DNA from: Trichomonas gallinae
Lineage: Eukaryota
Length of the DNA stretch: 40,700 nt
Direction: 5' to 3'
NCBI GenBank assembly: GCA_008369845.1
Contig: MRSU01002175.1
Span: forward strand, 1-40,700
Shown: positions 31,625 to 40,700 of the stretch, piece after piece
Numbering within the stretch: the stretch's first letter is position 1
How the letters are laid out: each line of letters begins with the position of its first letter
The notes under the pieces: model-generated
Seen by the model: only the letters and a program-made list of their open reading frames with translations
The model's database searches: none
Told to the model about the DNA's origin: nothing
Made by a program: the position numbers and the translations under genes

Positions 31625-31845
31625 CAATAATTATTTTCATGTATGACATAGAATATAACATATGTAGTATCTATAGAAGCATATATCACTGTATTATTTT
31701 TAAAATCATCTAATGAATATATGTATATCGGCATCAAAATCTTTGCCATTATTGATTATTTTCCAGCATAACAAGAAATATAGCATATGTAGTCTCTATG
31801 TAAACATATATTGCGAATAATCGTTTCTTATCTAATTAAATGATA
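31625..31845. repeat. ~124-bp imperfect tandem duplication
   Basis: AATATAACATATGTAGTATCTATAGAAGCATATAT (31652) versus AATATAGCATATGTAGTCTCTATGTAAACATATAT (31777); TTATTTTC at 31631 and 31756. Confidence 0.7.
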
Positions 31846-32094
31846 AAAACATCAAATTAAAAATGAAATGTTGTAAGATCATTTTATAATTATGCACATA
31901 GCATCTTTATGACAAAAAGTTTTATATATCAAAACAATAGAGCTCAAATGATATAATATAAAGAATACCAATGATTTTGTCACTTTTTTCATGTCAAAAA
32001 CGCCTAAAATTGATTTTGATGTTAATTTTGTTTTACTATGCATGTGTACTGTCTGTATAGTGCGATAAATCGGAAAACAAACATTATTTTATAA

Positions 32095-34494
32095 ATGGAG
32101 CAGATTATCACAGGTGATGGTGCTCTTGTTCCAAACTTAGAGGACAAAATCAGGGGCAGTGGAATTGCGGACGCCGGTGTAGATTACCACACTGTTGCGA
32201 TTATCGGTCCTCAGAGCTCTGGTAAGTCTACAATATTGAACTTACTTTTCGGCACGAAATTCGCTACAATGAACGAAAGCACAGGCCGCCAGCAGACCAC
32301 ACAAGGTATCCATGCCGCCAAATCTGTTACAGATCCAATCCTTCTATTCGATGTTGAAGGTTGCGACTCAAGAGAAAGAGGAGACTCAGATGCACTCTTC
32401 GAAAGGAAGTCAGCACTCTTCGCTCTCGCTCTCTCCGAGGTTTTGGTTATCAATATGTGGGAATCTGATATTGGCCGATATAACGCTTCCAATATTCCAA
32501 TGCTTAAAACAGTTTTTGAAGTCAACATTCAACTCTTCTTAGCGCAAAACACAACGAAATCTAAAATTATCTTCGTAATTCGTGATTCAACGGCTCCAAA
32601 TTTCGAAGCAATCAAATTCCAGCTTAACAGAGATATTACAAACATCTGGGATGAGATCAATCTCCCAGATTCGTTCAAAGACAAGAAAATGGAGGACTTC
32701 TTCGAATTCTTATATTTCCCAATCCATCATATGTTCATCCAAAGGGACCAATTCGACGCTGATGTTAATACTCTCAGGCGCTGGTTCAATGATGCATCAA
32801 TGAAGGACTACTTATTCAGCGAGAAATCCTCAAAAGTTGTTCCAGGAGAAGGTTTGTCCCAATACATCAGAAATCTCTGGGAAGTCATCAATGACAACAA
32901 GGAGTTAAACATCCCATCACAGAGGACGATGCTTGCACGATTCAAATGCGATGAAAATGCAACAGAAGCGTTAAATAGATTATCTAAATTCGTTGAAGAA
33001 AACATTAGCGCGCAAGAAGAGAGCCAATTCAAGCCTATCAAGGATTTCAAGCAGATCTGCGATAAAGCTGTTGAAAGCTCTCTTTCCTATTATCATACTT
33101 CATCATGGCGTTATACTGAAAGTGTTGTTAAAGAGCGCGAAGAGGCCTTAAAGAGAGATATCAGCAGCCTCTTGTTACCATTCTTCAATCAGCACTGCAA
33201 GTATCACTGCGAAAATGCGCAAAAAAATTTCGATACCTTTATTTCCGCTCTTGATCAAGAATTACACCCAGGAGGTACATGGGAACTCGATGTACAAGGA
33301 AAAATCGATTCTATCAACATGGAGTTACAAAATAATATTGATTCCTGCAAAGTTGCACCATTTGAGTGGAATTATCCATTCTACGAAGTTATGAAGACAA
33401 TGTCAGCGACGACAGAGAAAATGAAGAAGAAACTCGTTAAACAGCTCGAAGAAACAACAATTACTGAACAAAAGAGGCAATTCGACGATGCAGCGACTGA
33501 AATCCTCGCCAAAGTCGACAGCTCCATGTGGGACAACCTCCGCGCATTGATTCGCAAGTACAGCCAAGATACAACTCAAATTATTAATTCAATTCTGAAA
33601 ACAAACCTTCCGAGCGTCAAAGCGCGCACAGACATCAAGCGTGACTTCCAGAGTCATACAATCAACTTAGTTAAAGAAAGCGCCAACTACGTCGTCCTCA
33701 AAATGAAGAATACTTTCGACAGAACATTCAAATACGAAAGAAACGGGAGACCTCGCGTTTGGACTCGCAGAGACAACATCAACCAGATCTACGAAGACTC
33801 CAGAGCATCAGGCCTCAAAGTTCTCAGGCACTTCACTTACTGCAGACTTGCGGAGCCAGATGATAATGTTCTTCCTAATGATCCTCGCACACAAGTCTTG
33901 ATCCCGCACGAAAGAGCTGCGGAAATCGAAGACAAGTTCGAGCGTATCATTATCCACGCGTACGAAGAAGCACGCTCCAACATCAAAGCTCAGGCGAATA
34001 GAGAGCAGATCCCTGGATGGGCATGGCTCGCTTTGTTCTTCTGTGCTAGCGATTATATATTAATGGTTTTGGCAAACCCTATTTTCTTCGCCTTGTTCGT
34101 TATCTTTGGTGGCACTTATTTGGTTCTTAGAGAGCTTGGACTACTCGATGTCGCTAAGAAGACTTTGTTAGAGAAAGTTAATGGAGCATTGAAGAAACTG
34201 GCGAAGGATGAAGACGAGGAAGGACAAGGAGAAGGTGATAATAATGAAGAAAACGATGAAGAAGAAGAGCAGAAGCCGATGCCTAAAAAGAGAACAATGC
34301 CAGGAAGAAGAAGGGGACAATACACAGTCGAAAAGTCGAGGTCAACAGACTTTTCTTCTGATCCTAACTCTAATAATCAGCTCATGCAGATGCTTAATAG
34401 CCAGCCGAGTGCTATAGCTCAAGAAGAAGCTCCTGCATCTAACTTATCTAGAAGAGATTCGATTTCTAGAACACAATCATTAGAATTTAACTAA
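32095..34494 (+). CDS. SEY1: SEY1/RHD3 atlastin-like ER-fusion GTPase
   Basis: YHTVAIIGPQSSGKSTILNLLFGTKF, GRQQTTQGI, DVEGCDSRERG, FERKSALFALA, LNIPSQR..LARFKCDE, F..ERNGRPRVW, and TM hairpin IPGWAWLALFF...NPIFF. Confidence 0.97.
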   Translation: MEQIITGDGALVPNLEDKIRGSGIADAGVDYHTVAIIGPQSSGKSTILNLLFGTKFATMNESTGRQQTTQGIHAAKSVTDPILLFDVEGCDSRERGDSDALFERKSALFALALSEVLVINMWESDIGRYNASNIPMLKTVFEVNIQLFLAQNTTKSKIIFVIRDSTAPNFEAIKFQLNRDITNIWDEINLPDSFKDKKMEDFFEFLYFPIHHMFIQRDQFDADVNTLRRWFNDASMKDYLFSEKSSKVVPGEGLSQYIRNLWEVINDNKELNIPSQRTMLARFKCDENATEALNRLSKFVEENISAQEESQFKPIKDFKQICDKAVESSLSYYHTSSWRYTESVVKEREEALKRDISSLLLPFFNQHCKYHCENAQKNFDTFISALDQELHPGGTWELDVQGKIDSINMELQNNIDSCKVAPFEWNYPFYEVMKTMSATTEKMKKKLVKQLEETTITEQKRQFDDAATEILAKVDSSMWDNLRALIRKYSQDTTQIINSILKTNLPSVKARTDIKRDFQSHTINLVKESANYVVLKMKNTFDRTFKYERNGRPRVWTRRDNINQIYEDSRASGLKVLRHFTYCRLAEPDDNVLPNDPRTQVLIPHERAAEIEDKFERIIIHAYEEARSNIKAQANREQIPGWAWLALFFCASDYILMVLANPIFFALFVIFGGTYLVLRELGLLDVAKKTLLEKVNGALKKLAKDEDEEGQGEGDNNEENDEEEEQKPMPKKRTMPGRRRGQYTVEKSRSTDFSSDPNSNNQLMQMLNSQPSAIAQEEAPASNLSRRDSISRTQSLEFN

Positions 34495-34796
34495 CTTATT
34501 TTATTTATTATTTGGTTTAGATATGAATTCATTTATTATTTTTAAAACAAAGCTAGAGATAATTTTTCATCAAGGCAGCTCTAATATTTGCTTTATGTAT
34601 CATACATCATGAGAAATAGTTTATCCTGTTGACAACTCTAATGCCCTATGTTAAATGACTATATCAAGATATTGATACTTTTCCTTATTCATATAATTTT
34701 TCCTTGGAATTATAATTAGTAATCATTCTTTACCATTTTTATAATGAATGTATAAAGATACAGCAATGAATATTGGAATTAAAATTAGTGGGAAAA

Positions 34797-34961
34797 TGTC
34801 ATGTAATGTATTTAAAAGTTTTGAATTTGTCATGTAAAATAAATATAATATGACTTGTAGAGTAAACAATTTTAATGATATGTCATGTAAATTGATTCAT
34901 TTTGTTATGTAAAGTATTTAAAAAAATAAAATATGACGTGTAAAAACTAATTAAAAGTGAC
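34797..34961 (+). promoter_or_regulatory. Upstream cluster of TGNCAYGTAAA motifs plus AAAAGTGAC (M2-like) element
   Basis: TGTCATGTAA copies near 34797, 34828 and 34881; TGACGTGTAAA at 34934; AAAAGTGAC at 34953-34961, just before the ATG at 34968. Confidence 0.55.
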
Positions 34962-34967
34962 AGATAT

Positions 34968-36470
34968 ATGAAATCGAAAGGATTTTTAGGGTTAATTGAT
35001 TTAATTCCTAGGTGGGCAATTTTATATGCAACTGCTATAGTTCCGATTTTCATATCATTCTCATACGCAAGCTACTTCCTAATCTTCGACAACGACCCTC
35101 CTTCGATGCCTTGGTCTGCAACTTCGCTTGATTGCGCATATATTCACTCACACTCACTAACAACAAATGGATCCAGGATTGTTGCGAACTTTACAATGTC
35201 TGAATTCTTCGAAGTTCCAAAATCAGCAGCAGCAAGTTTGCTTACGGCGCAAATTACATCAGGAAACACAGTCTATGTCAATGATGTCAAGAGTTACTAC
35301 GACATGGAAGCGAATTCTTCACATTTATCGTTAACGCTTTTGCATCCAATTATAGGAAATGCAACACTTAAGTTCCAATGCGGCAAAGTCATGATATCTC
35401 AGCACAATATTACCATTGGTGAAATAAACGCTTTTCCAACAGGATTTTCTCGCTTCAACAACAAAGATTATGGAACTGCAGAAATTTTCGACGCTTGCTG
35501 GTTCAATGAGACGATGCTTTTCTTCACAAACGTCAAATCATATTTCAACCCAATGAATACAACAAGTGATTTATACATAAACTGCTCACATGCAAGAGTT
35601 CCTTATTCAGCTTTTGTTCAGAGCGCTCAAGTCCCAGAAAAGAGGTATCCTGCGCAACAACTCCCAGGACCAGATGTTTTCTTCCTTGCCGCTAAGCCAG
35701 AAAAAGGATATGATATTATTCTCGATTTAATTATTCCGATTTGGTCGAGTAATTACTACATCAAACAGCAGATCACATCGTCCATACTCCTAACACACGA
35801 CCAGGACTACCTCATTCCGATTATCAGAACAATTCATAATGGAGAAATCATGCACAGAAGCGACAATATCTGCTATGGACTTGGTACTGTCCTTCCAACG
35901 CGCACGGCCCTCAAGTATACAATCAATACTTCTTTCTATGAGCAGCACAAATTCGTTCCATGGGTAGAACACATGGAGCACTCATCTAGGATCAAGCCTG
36001 AGATCATGAGAGAGGTCAGGGAGCTCTTTACTTCCAAATCGGCTTCACCTGATAGAATAACTGTGCAAAAGAAAGTTGAATATGTTATTCCTAACTTAAA
36101 GAAAGCATTTCCTAAAGCGAAGATTGACGTTTTGATTGACACAGATGATATAAAAGTCATCGCTAACATAATGGCTAAGACCAGATTGTTTGTTACTGCT
36201 TTCTTGGAGGAGTCTTCTTACGCTATCTTCATGAATCCAAACACGACTGTCGCAGAAGTCCTCCCGCACGGATTCGAGTGCACGCAGTATGCAAACAGGT
36301 GGGCACAGATGATTGGACTGAACTACGCAGCCCTAGGAAAGCCAAACAACTACAAAGGATGCAAGGAAATCCCATTGCATGAGTACTACTACAAGAAGGA
36401 CAATGCTACAATGCCAACGCTAACTCCTGACTATTTGAAGGGAATCTTAGCAAAGCATTTCGACGCATAA
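34968..36470 (+). CDS. Type II membrane protein with degenerate glycosyltransferase family 61-like C-terminal domain
   Basis: N-terminal TM. MAKTRLFVTAFLEESSYAIFMNPNTTVAEVLPHG and YANRWAQMIGLNY align with the GT61 pattern A.VLIGxHGAGLTN.LFL.P...VIELFP.G / Y..LA...GL.Y. Confidence 0.65.
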   Translation: MKSKGFLGLIDLIPRWAILYATAIVPIFISFSYASYFLIFDNDPPSMPWSATSLDCAYIHSHSLTTNGSRIVANFTMSEFFEVPKSAAASLLTAQITSGNTVYVNDVKSYYDMEANSSHLSLTLLHPIIGNATLKFQCGKVMISQHNITIGEINAFPTGFSRFNNKDYGTAEIFDACWFNETMLFFTNVKSYFNPMNTTSDLYINCSHARVPYSAFVQSAQVPEKRYPAQQLPGPDVFFLAAKPEKGYDIILDLIIPIWSSNYYIKQQITSSILLTHDQDYLIPIIRTIHNGEIMHRSDNICYGLGTVLPTRTALKYTINTSFYEQHKFVPWVEHMEHSSRIKPEIMREVRELFTSKSASPDRITVQKKVEYVIPNLKKAFPKAKIDVLIDTDDIKVIANIMAKTRLFVTAFLEESSYAIFMNPNTTVAEVLPHGFECTQYANRWAQMIGLNYAALGKPNNYKGCKEIPLHEYYYKKDNATMPTLTPDYLKGILAKHFDA

Positions 36471-36997
36471 CTTATTTTTAATTTAGTTATTTCATTTATG
36501 AAATATTTTATTATAAAGTGATTTTTGTATTGATATAACAATCATCTTTTTCATGAAAGTTTCTACTGATTCTACGAAGAAGAAGATGTTGATCCATTTG
36601 AGTGTCGTATTTAAATGCATTAATTCACTATTGTTCATTGAGTTGTGATGTCAAATATGCAATGAAATTGCGTGCGATTTTTCTGATTTGCAATTTCTAA
36701 CTTATGAATTATTTGATTAAAGATGCTCATGAATTTCATTCTGCGAAGAAAATGATGTTAATTGTGTCTGTATCATTACTTCTGGGTACTTTTGAGCAAT
36801 TTTAGACTGATTCTACGGTGAAATCGCACATAAATATATAACTACAACAGATTTATGAGTGTTTTGAAGGTCATCTCACATGGAAAAAACTATATTATTC
36901 ATACAAATAATCTCTCCACAACTTCAATACCATTTAAAAAAAGTCAAGTGAAAACAAAAGCTAGGAAGATGAAATTCGTATCATATTTATATCAACT

Positions 36998-37696
36998 TTA
37001 ATGTAACAAAATGAGGTTAATCCATAAGCATAATGAAGTGATATGGTTTTGGCAGAAAATTCGAAGTCCCTTCATTAGTTGTTTTATTATATCAAAATCC
37101 GAAAAACCAAAATAACTCTCCCAAAGTCGCAATAATATAATTATTTCAAAAGTCGAGTCCGAAAAGTGACTATTTTCCAATGGTATTCATTGAATTATTC
37201 TATGAGATTTATCAATAACTTGGTCTGACACAACTTTTGAAACAAATTGTAATAATTTCAATTATTTCCGGTCAGCATGAGAAAATATTGTATTTCCTGT
37301 CTGTGTCAAACAGATTGGCTGTCTTTTTATAGATATAGCACCAAAAATCAAATATACGACAATAGTTTATTACAAATCAAAACCTTTCTTTCATTGCAAA
37401 GTTGATATTCGAAAATTGTTCATTTATTCACATCAAAGAATAGAAACACATATATATAAGAATTATATGCTACACCATGGTACTTATTTACTATATCTTT
37501 TTGTTCCAGTAGGAGTACATCTCTGAATAATTGAAATTGTTGCTACAATAGAGTTCGAAAACATTTTGTATCATAATAAGATAGATTGTCCCGATTAGCA
37601 TGTCAATTTGCACCAAAATTTGTTTGGAACTGAGCAAATTTAACTCGATGCGGAGATAGTTGTCTAGAAAAGGAATAAAGCAATAAATATAATCAT
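36998..37696 (-). pseudogene. Decayed gene for a probable secreted or membrane protein
   Basis: Signal-peptide-like MIIFIALFLF*TTISASS* from the ATG at 37696, followed by protein-like stretches with scattered stops (TIVVYLIFGAISIKRQPICLTQTGNTIFSHADRK*LKLLQFVSKVVSDQVIDK..). Confidence 0.4.
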
Positions 37697-37894
37697 AATA
37701 ACACCTTTTATTATAGTCAAGTATATTTATTCATATTATGTAACAACTAAACATATTTTGATAAATAATTAACTTTTTCTTTGTTTTCAGTTGTTCTATC
37801 AATAGGAATACAACGATTTGTCATGTATTTTATATTAAATGATAAATAAACATGATTAAATTTAATATTACAAACAAATATTATATAGAATGTG

Positions 37895-40285
37895 TTACTG
37901 AATTCTTTGTAATAGAGCTGAGAAATCTTCGTTAGAAATGATTTGTTTTGAGTGATATTGATTCAACAAATATAAAGTGTTCTGTCTAACATAGTTGTTG
38001 TCTGTTGCTTCAGCTCTTCGCATTACAGCTTCTATTATTGTTGAAGCGAGTCCATTCCCATGGAACATTTCGACGTTGATGTCAGCAATTGCTCCAATAG
38101 ATAAATAAAGAACATCTTCGTCTTCTGTTTCATTGATTAAATCGAACAAAAACTTCGCCAAATTTTCGGCAATTCTCGAATTCCACATCAGTGAAACTAT
38201 ATCAGCAAACACTTCGAAAACATCTTCATCGTATAAAGCGTTTGGTTCTCCACTGCAGAACTCCAGTGTGTTCGAAATTAATCCAGAAATCCACAAAACA
38301 ATTTTTTCATCAACGCAATCATTTCTGTTTGTTTCCAGAATGTTCTTGATTATCAGCAGTAAAGACGGAGCTGCAGATTTATCGCAAATCATTAAGTGAT
38401 TTAGAGTAATTTCACATAACTGATTCGTGTTTTCGATTGGAATAAACTTCAAAATATTGCTCAAGCAAACTCCCAAACTTTGGAAAATTCTTTCTCGCGG
38501 AGAAACAAACAGAGGCATGATATTCTCAAATAGAATATTTGCTAGTTCTGTGTCATTTGATTTCATGCATAGTTGTGATAATATTATCAGAGAAGAAGAG
38601 CGAATTTTCGTTGTTGTTTCTTCGCCGAAAGAAATTTTTAAAATTATTTCTTTCATTTCATTTGCGAAACTTGAAAACACGTCATATGCATGTTCTAGGC
38701 ATTCTCCGAACAGTTGCAATCCAACTTCAAAGTTTTCATTGCTTTCAGATGAAAAAATCGAAATCAAAATTTGCTGGCTAATTTCAACGGCTGCTTGACG
38801 TGTTTCTTCTCTTGATAATAGACCTTTTAGAAGAATAATTGATGATTCTGGTGAGTTTTGTACTATTTTCAACAACTGTGAAGAAATTTCTGCATCAAGT
38901 TTGGAAATTTTCGGTAGAATTGAAGATATGCATGAGAAGTAACTTTCTTGTGAACCACTTCCAACCATTTCGTGTACAGATATCAAAATTTCGAATAAAT
39001 TGTCGAAATCTAATTCTGAATATTTAATAATTCGATCAATTACATCAAATATCATTGCCTGATATGCTAACTCCTGTGAGGATTCTAGTAACTCAATGAT
39101 TATCTCCAAAACTTGAGATCCAAATTCAATCAAAAATTTTTCTATTTTTGCGTCTCTTAGAAAGAATAAAACTGACTGTATTATATTAACATCACTAGTA
39201 GAGAAAGAGCCAACAACTATTTCAGCAAGAAACTCTTTCGAAAACTTGCAGCCAATAATATCGATAATTTCTGTCAATAAGAACAAAAGTGGTGGAAAAT
39301 ATGACAAAATTTGACGTGTAAAGTCATCTGATGTCAAAAGATTTTGATATAGATTTAGAAAGAGCTGGATTATGTTTTCCTGTGATATTCGCTCTAGGAA
39401 GTCGTTTGCTAGGTTAAGTGTTTCATAAACTTGTTCTGTTTCGATATATTCTTGTTGAGCAAGATTTACGCATTGTGCTATGATATTTATTGCCATTTCT
39501 TCGGTTATATATTCGGTGAACATAGATAGAAAGCATAAAACTGAAGAATTTTCTTCCCAATTTCCATCTTCATTGTCTAGAACTGAAATTGCTACACCAA
39601 TAATATCATTGATGTATTCTTGTTCAAATTTGCATTGTTGAGAGATTGCAGCAAGAAGCATCCAAAATGTTCTCATATAATTTGAAGATAAAATTGATAA
39701 ATATCTATGAGCATAGTTTCGTATGACTTCTTTTATATTAGGAATTAAAGATAAATCAACTGAATCGCTGATATTTAAAATAATAAATAAAAAATTTGTG
39801 AAATCTTCGTCATTGAGCGATAAAATGTCTTCTGGAAGTACCCGAAGAATGCAATTAAGTATTGTTTCGGAGTTTTCTATATCATGACTTGTTATATTTT
39901 TGAGAAATTGAAGAGATAAATTTCGAGGAAGTAAAGATGCTGTGTTTTCTATGAATTCGGATTTTAATAGGCATACGATGCTTATAGAAAGTAAAATATT
40001 TGATGTAATTACTGTGTCAGTTGAGTGTTTTGATAATATTTCAATTGACGAATTATAAAGTTGTACTAATTCCTCTTGACTGTATTCCTGATAACAATAT
40101 TTCATTAATATTGATATATGTACTGCTGCAACTCTTTTTAATCGAATATCAAGATTTGGAAAATTTGAAATATATGTAACTATGTTGTTTTTATCTGATT
40201 TCATAGTTTCCATGATCTCAGCAGCTCTATTTTGATCACCTTGATCTGTTGACAAAGTGAGTGAAAGAAAAGCGCTGAGATCCAT
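37895..40285 (-). CDS. ARM/HEAT-repeat protein, divergent importin-beta/karyopherin-like
   Basis: 796 aa, acidic and helical. The N-terminus (STDQGDQNRAAEIMETMK...LDIRLKRVAAVHIS) resembles the importin-beta N-terminal domain; HEAT-like motifs such as TDNNYVRQNTLYLL. Confidence 0.75.
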   Translation of the reverse strand: MDLSAFLSLTLSTDQGDQNRAAEIMETMKSDKNNIVTYISNFPNLDIRLKRVAAVHISILMKYCYQEYSQEELVQLYNSSIEILSKHSTDTVITSNILLSISIVCLLKSEFIENTASLLPRNLSLQFLKNITSHDIENSETILNCILRVLPEDILSLNDEDFTNFLFIILNISDSVDLSLIPNIKEVIRNYAHRYLSILSSNYMRTFWMLLAAISQQCKFEQEYINDIIGVAISVLDNEDGNWEENSSVLCFLSMFTEYITEEMAINIIAQCVNLAQQEYIETEQVYETLNLANDFLERISQENIIQLFLNLYQNLLTSDDFTRQILSYFPPLLFLLTEIIDIIGCKFSKEFLAEIVVGSFSTSDVNIIQSVLFFLRDAKIEKFLIEFGSQVLEIIIELLESSQELAYQAMIFDVIDRIIKYSELDFDNLFEILISVHEMVGSGSQESYFSCISSILPKISKLDAEISSQLLKIVQNSPESSIILLKGLLSREETRQAAVEISQQILISIFSSESNENFEVGLQLFGECLEHAYDVFSSFANEMKEIILKISFGEETTTKIRSSSLIILSQLCMKSNDTELANILFENIMPLFVSPRERIFQSLGVCLSNILKFIPIENTNQLCEITLNHLMICDKSAAPSLLLIIKNILETNRNDCVDEKIVLWISGLISNTLEFCSGEPNALYDEDVFEVFADIVSLMWNSRIAENLAKFLFDLINETEDEDVLYLSIGAIADINVEMFHGNGLASTIIEAVMRRAEATDNNYVRQNTLYLLNQYHSKQIISNEDFSALLQRIQ

Positions 40286-40627
40286 AATTTTTTGACAAAA
40301 TCTATTTTATGTCATTTTACATGTCAAATTCATTTCGCAATCCAATCAGTAAATATGGATTTTTATCATGCAAAAAACAACTAAAACACACCTTATGAAC
40401 GTAAAATCTAATATTATTCTGATAGAAAATGGAGAAAAAAAAGAAGTAAAGTTACTCTGGAATGTTACTAAATCAGTCACCCTATTATCCTGAATGGGGA
40501 AAAAATGCCAAGGATATGGAAATACTTATGCGTAAAATTCCAATAATTAGTGCATAATAATATCTATTGCTCAGTCGATGAATTCAATGATCAATAACCT
40601 TATTTTCGATGAATGAAAAGAAAAAAA

Positions 40628-40700
40628 CGCGCCGTCCAGGACTTGAACCTGGACTCTACTGCTCCGTAGGCAGTCGCCTTATCCAATTGGGCCAACGGCG
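40628..40700 (-). tRNA. tRNA-Arg(ACG); first base lies just outside the window
   Basis: Reverse complement reads (G)CGCCGT TGGCCCAATTGGATAAGGCG ACTGC CTACGGA GCAGT AGAGT CCAGG TTCAAGT CCTGG ACGGCGC G, followed by a T7 Pol III terminator (40621-40627). Confidence 0.96.

Noticed and set aside
31444..31713. 89-aa ORF MAPSVDLARDQ..
   Set aside because: It overlaps the hairpins and runs into an AT-rich tandem duplication; the sequence is better explained by RNA structure. Not formally excluded.

Overview
AT-rich, gene-dense eukaryotic DNA from a trichomonad (Trichomonas vaginalis or a close relative). The assignment rests on a hydrogenosomal [FeFe]-hydrogenase with an MLASS.. leader, apparently intronless genes, DUF3447-type ankyrin and Pmp-like families, and AAAAGTGAC promoter motifs. 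The window is bracketed by tRNA-Asp(GTC) and tRNA-Arg(ACG). It holds about 22 protein genes: cNMP-binding protein, ankyrin protein, Rab, Imp4, a large surface protein, PPP phosphatase, steroid-5-alpha-reductase-like protein, IQUB, AP sigma subunit, hydrogenase, SEY1/RHD3, GT61-like and importin-beta-like proteins, plus hypotheticals. Several decayed pseudogenes lie between them. No transposase or Maverick/Polinton gene was recognised. The most striking unexplained feature is a ~230-nt GC-richer segment at 31363-31595 that folds into several hairpins, including one of 28 bp. Its wobble pairs favour the + strand, and it has an Inr-like start and an Sm-site-like motif before a terminal hairpin, but it lacks the hallmark motifs of the standard snRNAs. 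Also notable are a recurrent TGNCAYGTAAA element that forms 19-bp-period arrays, and several 110-125-bp-period intergenic tandem repeats. All protein calls are from motif recognition, not database searches.
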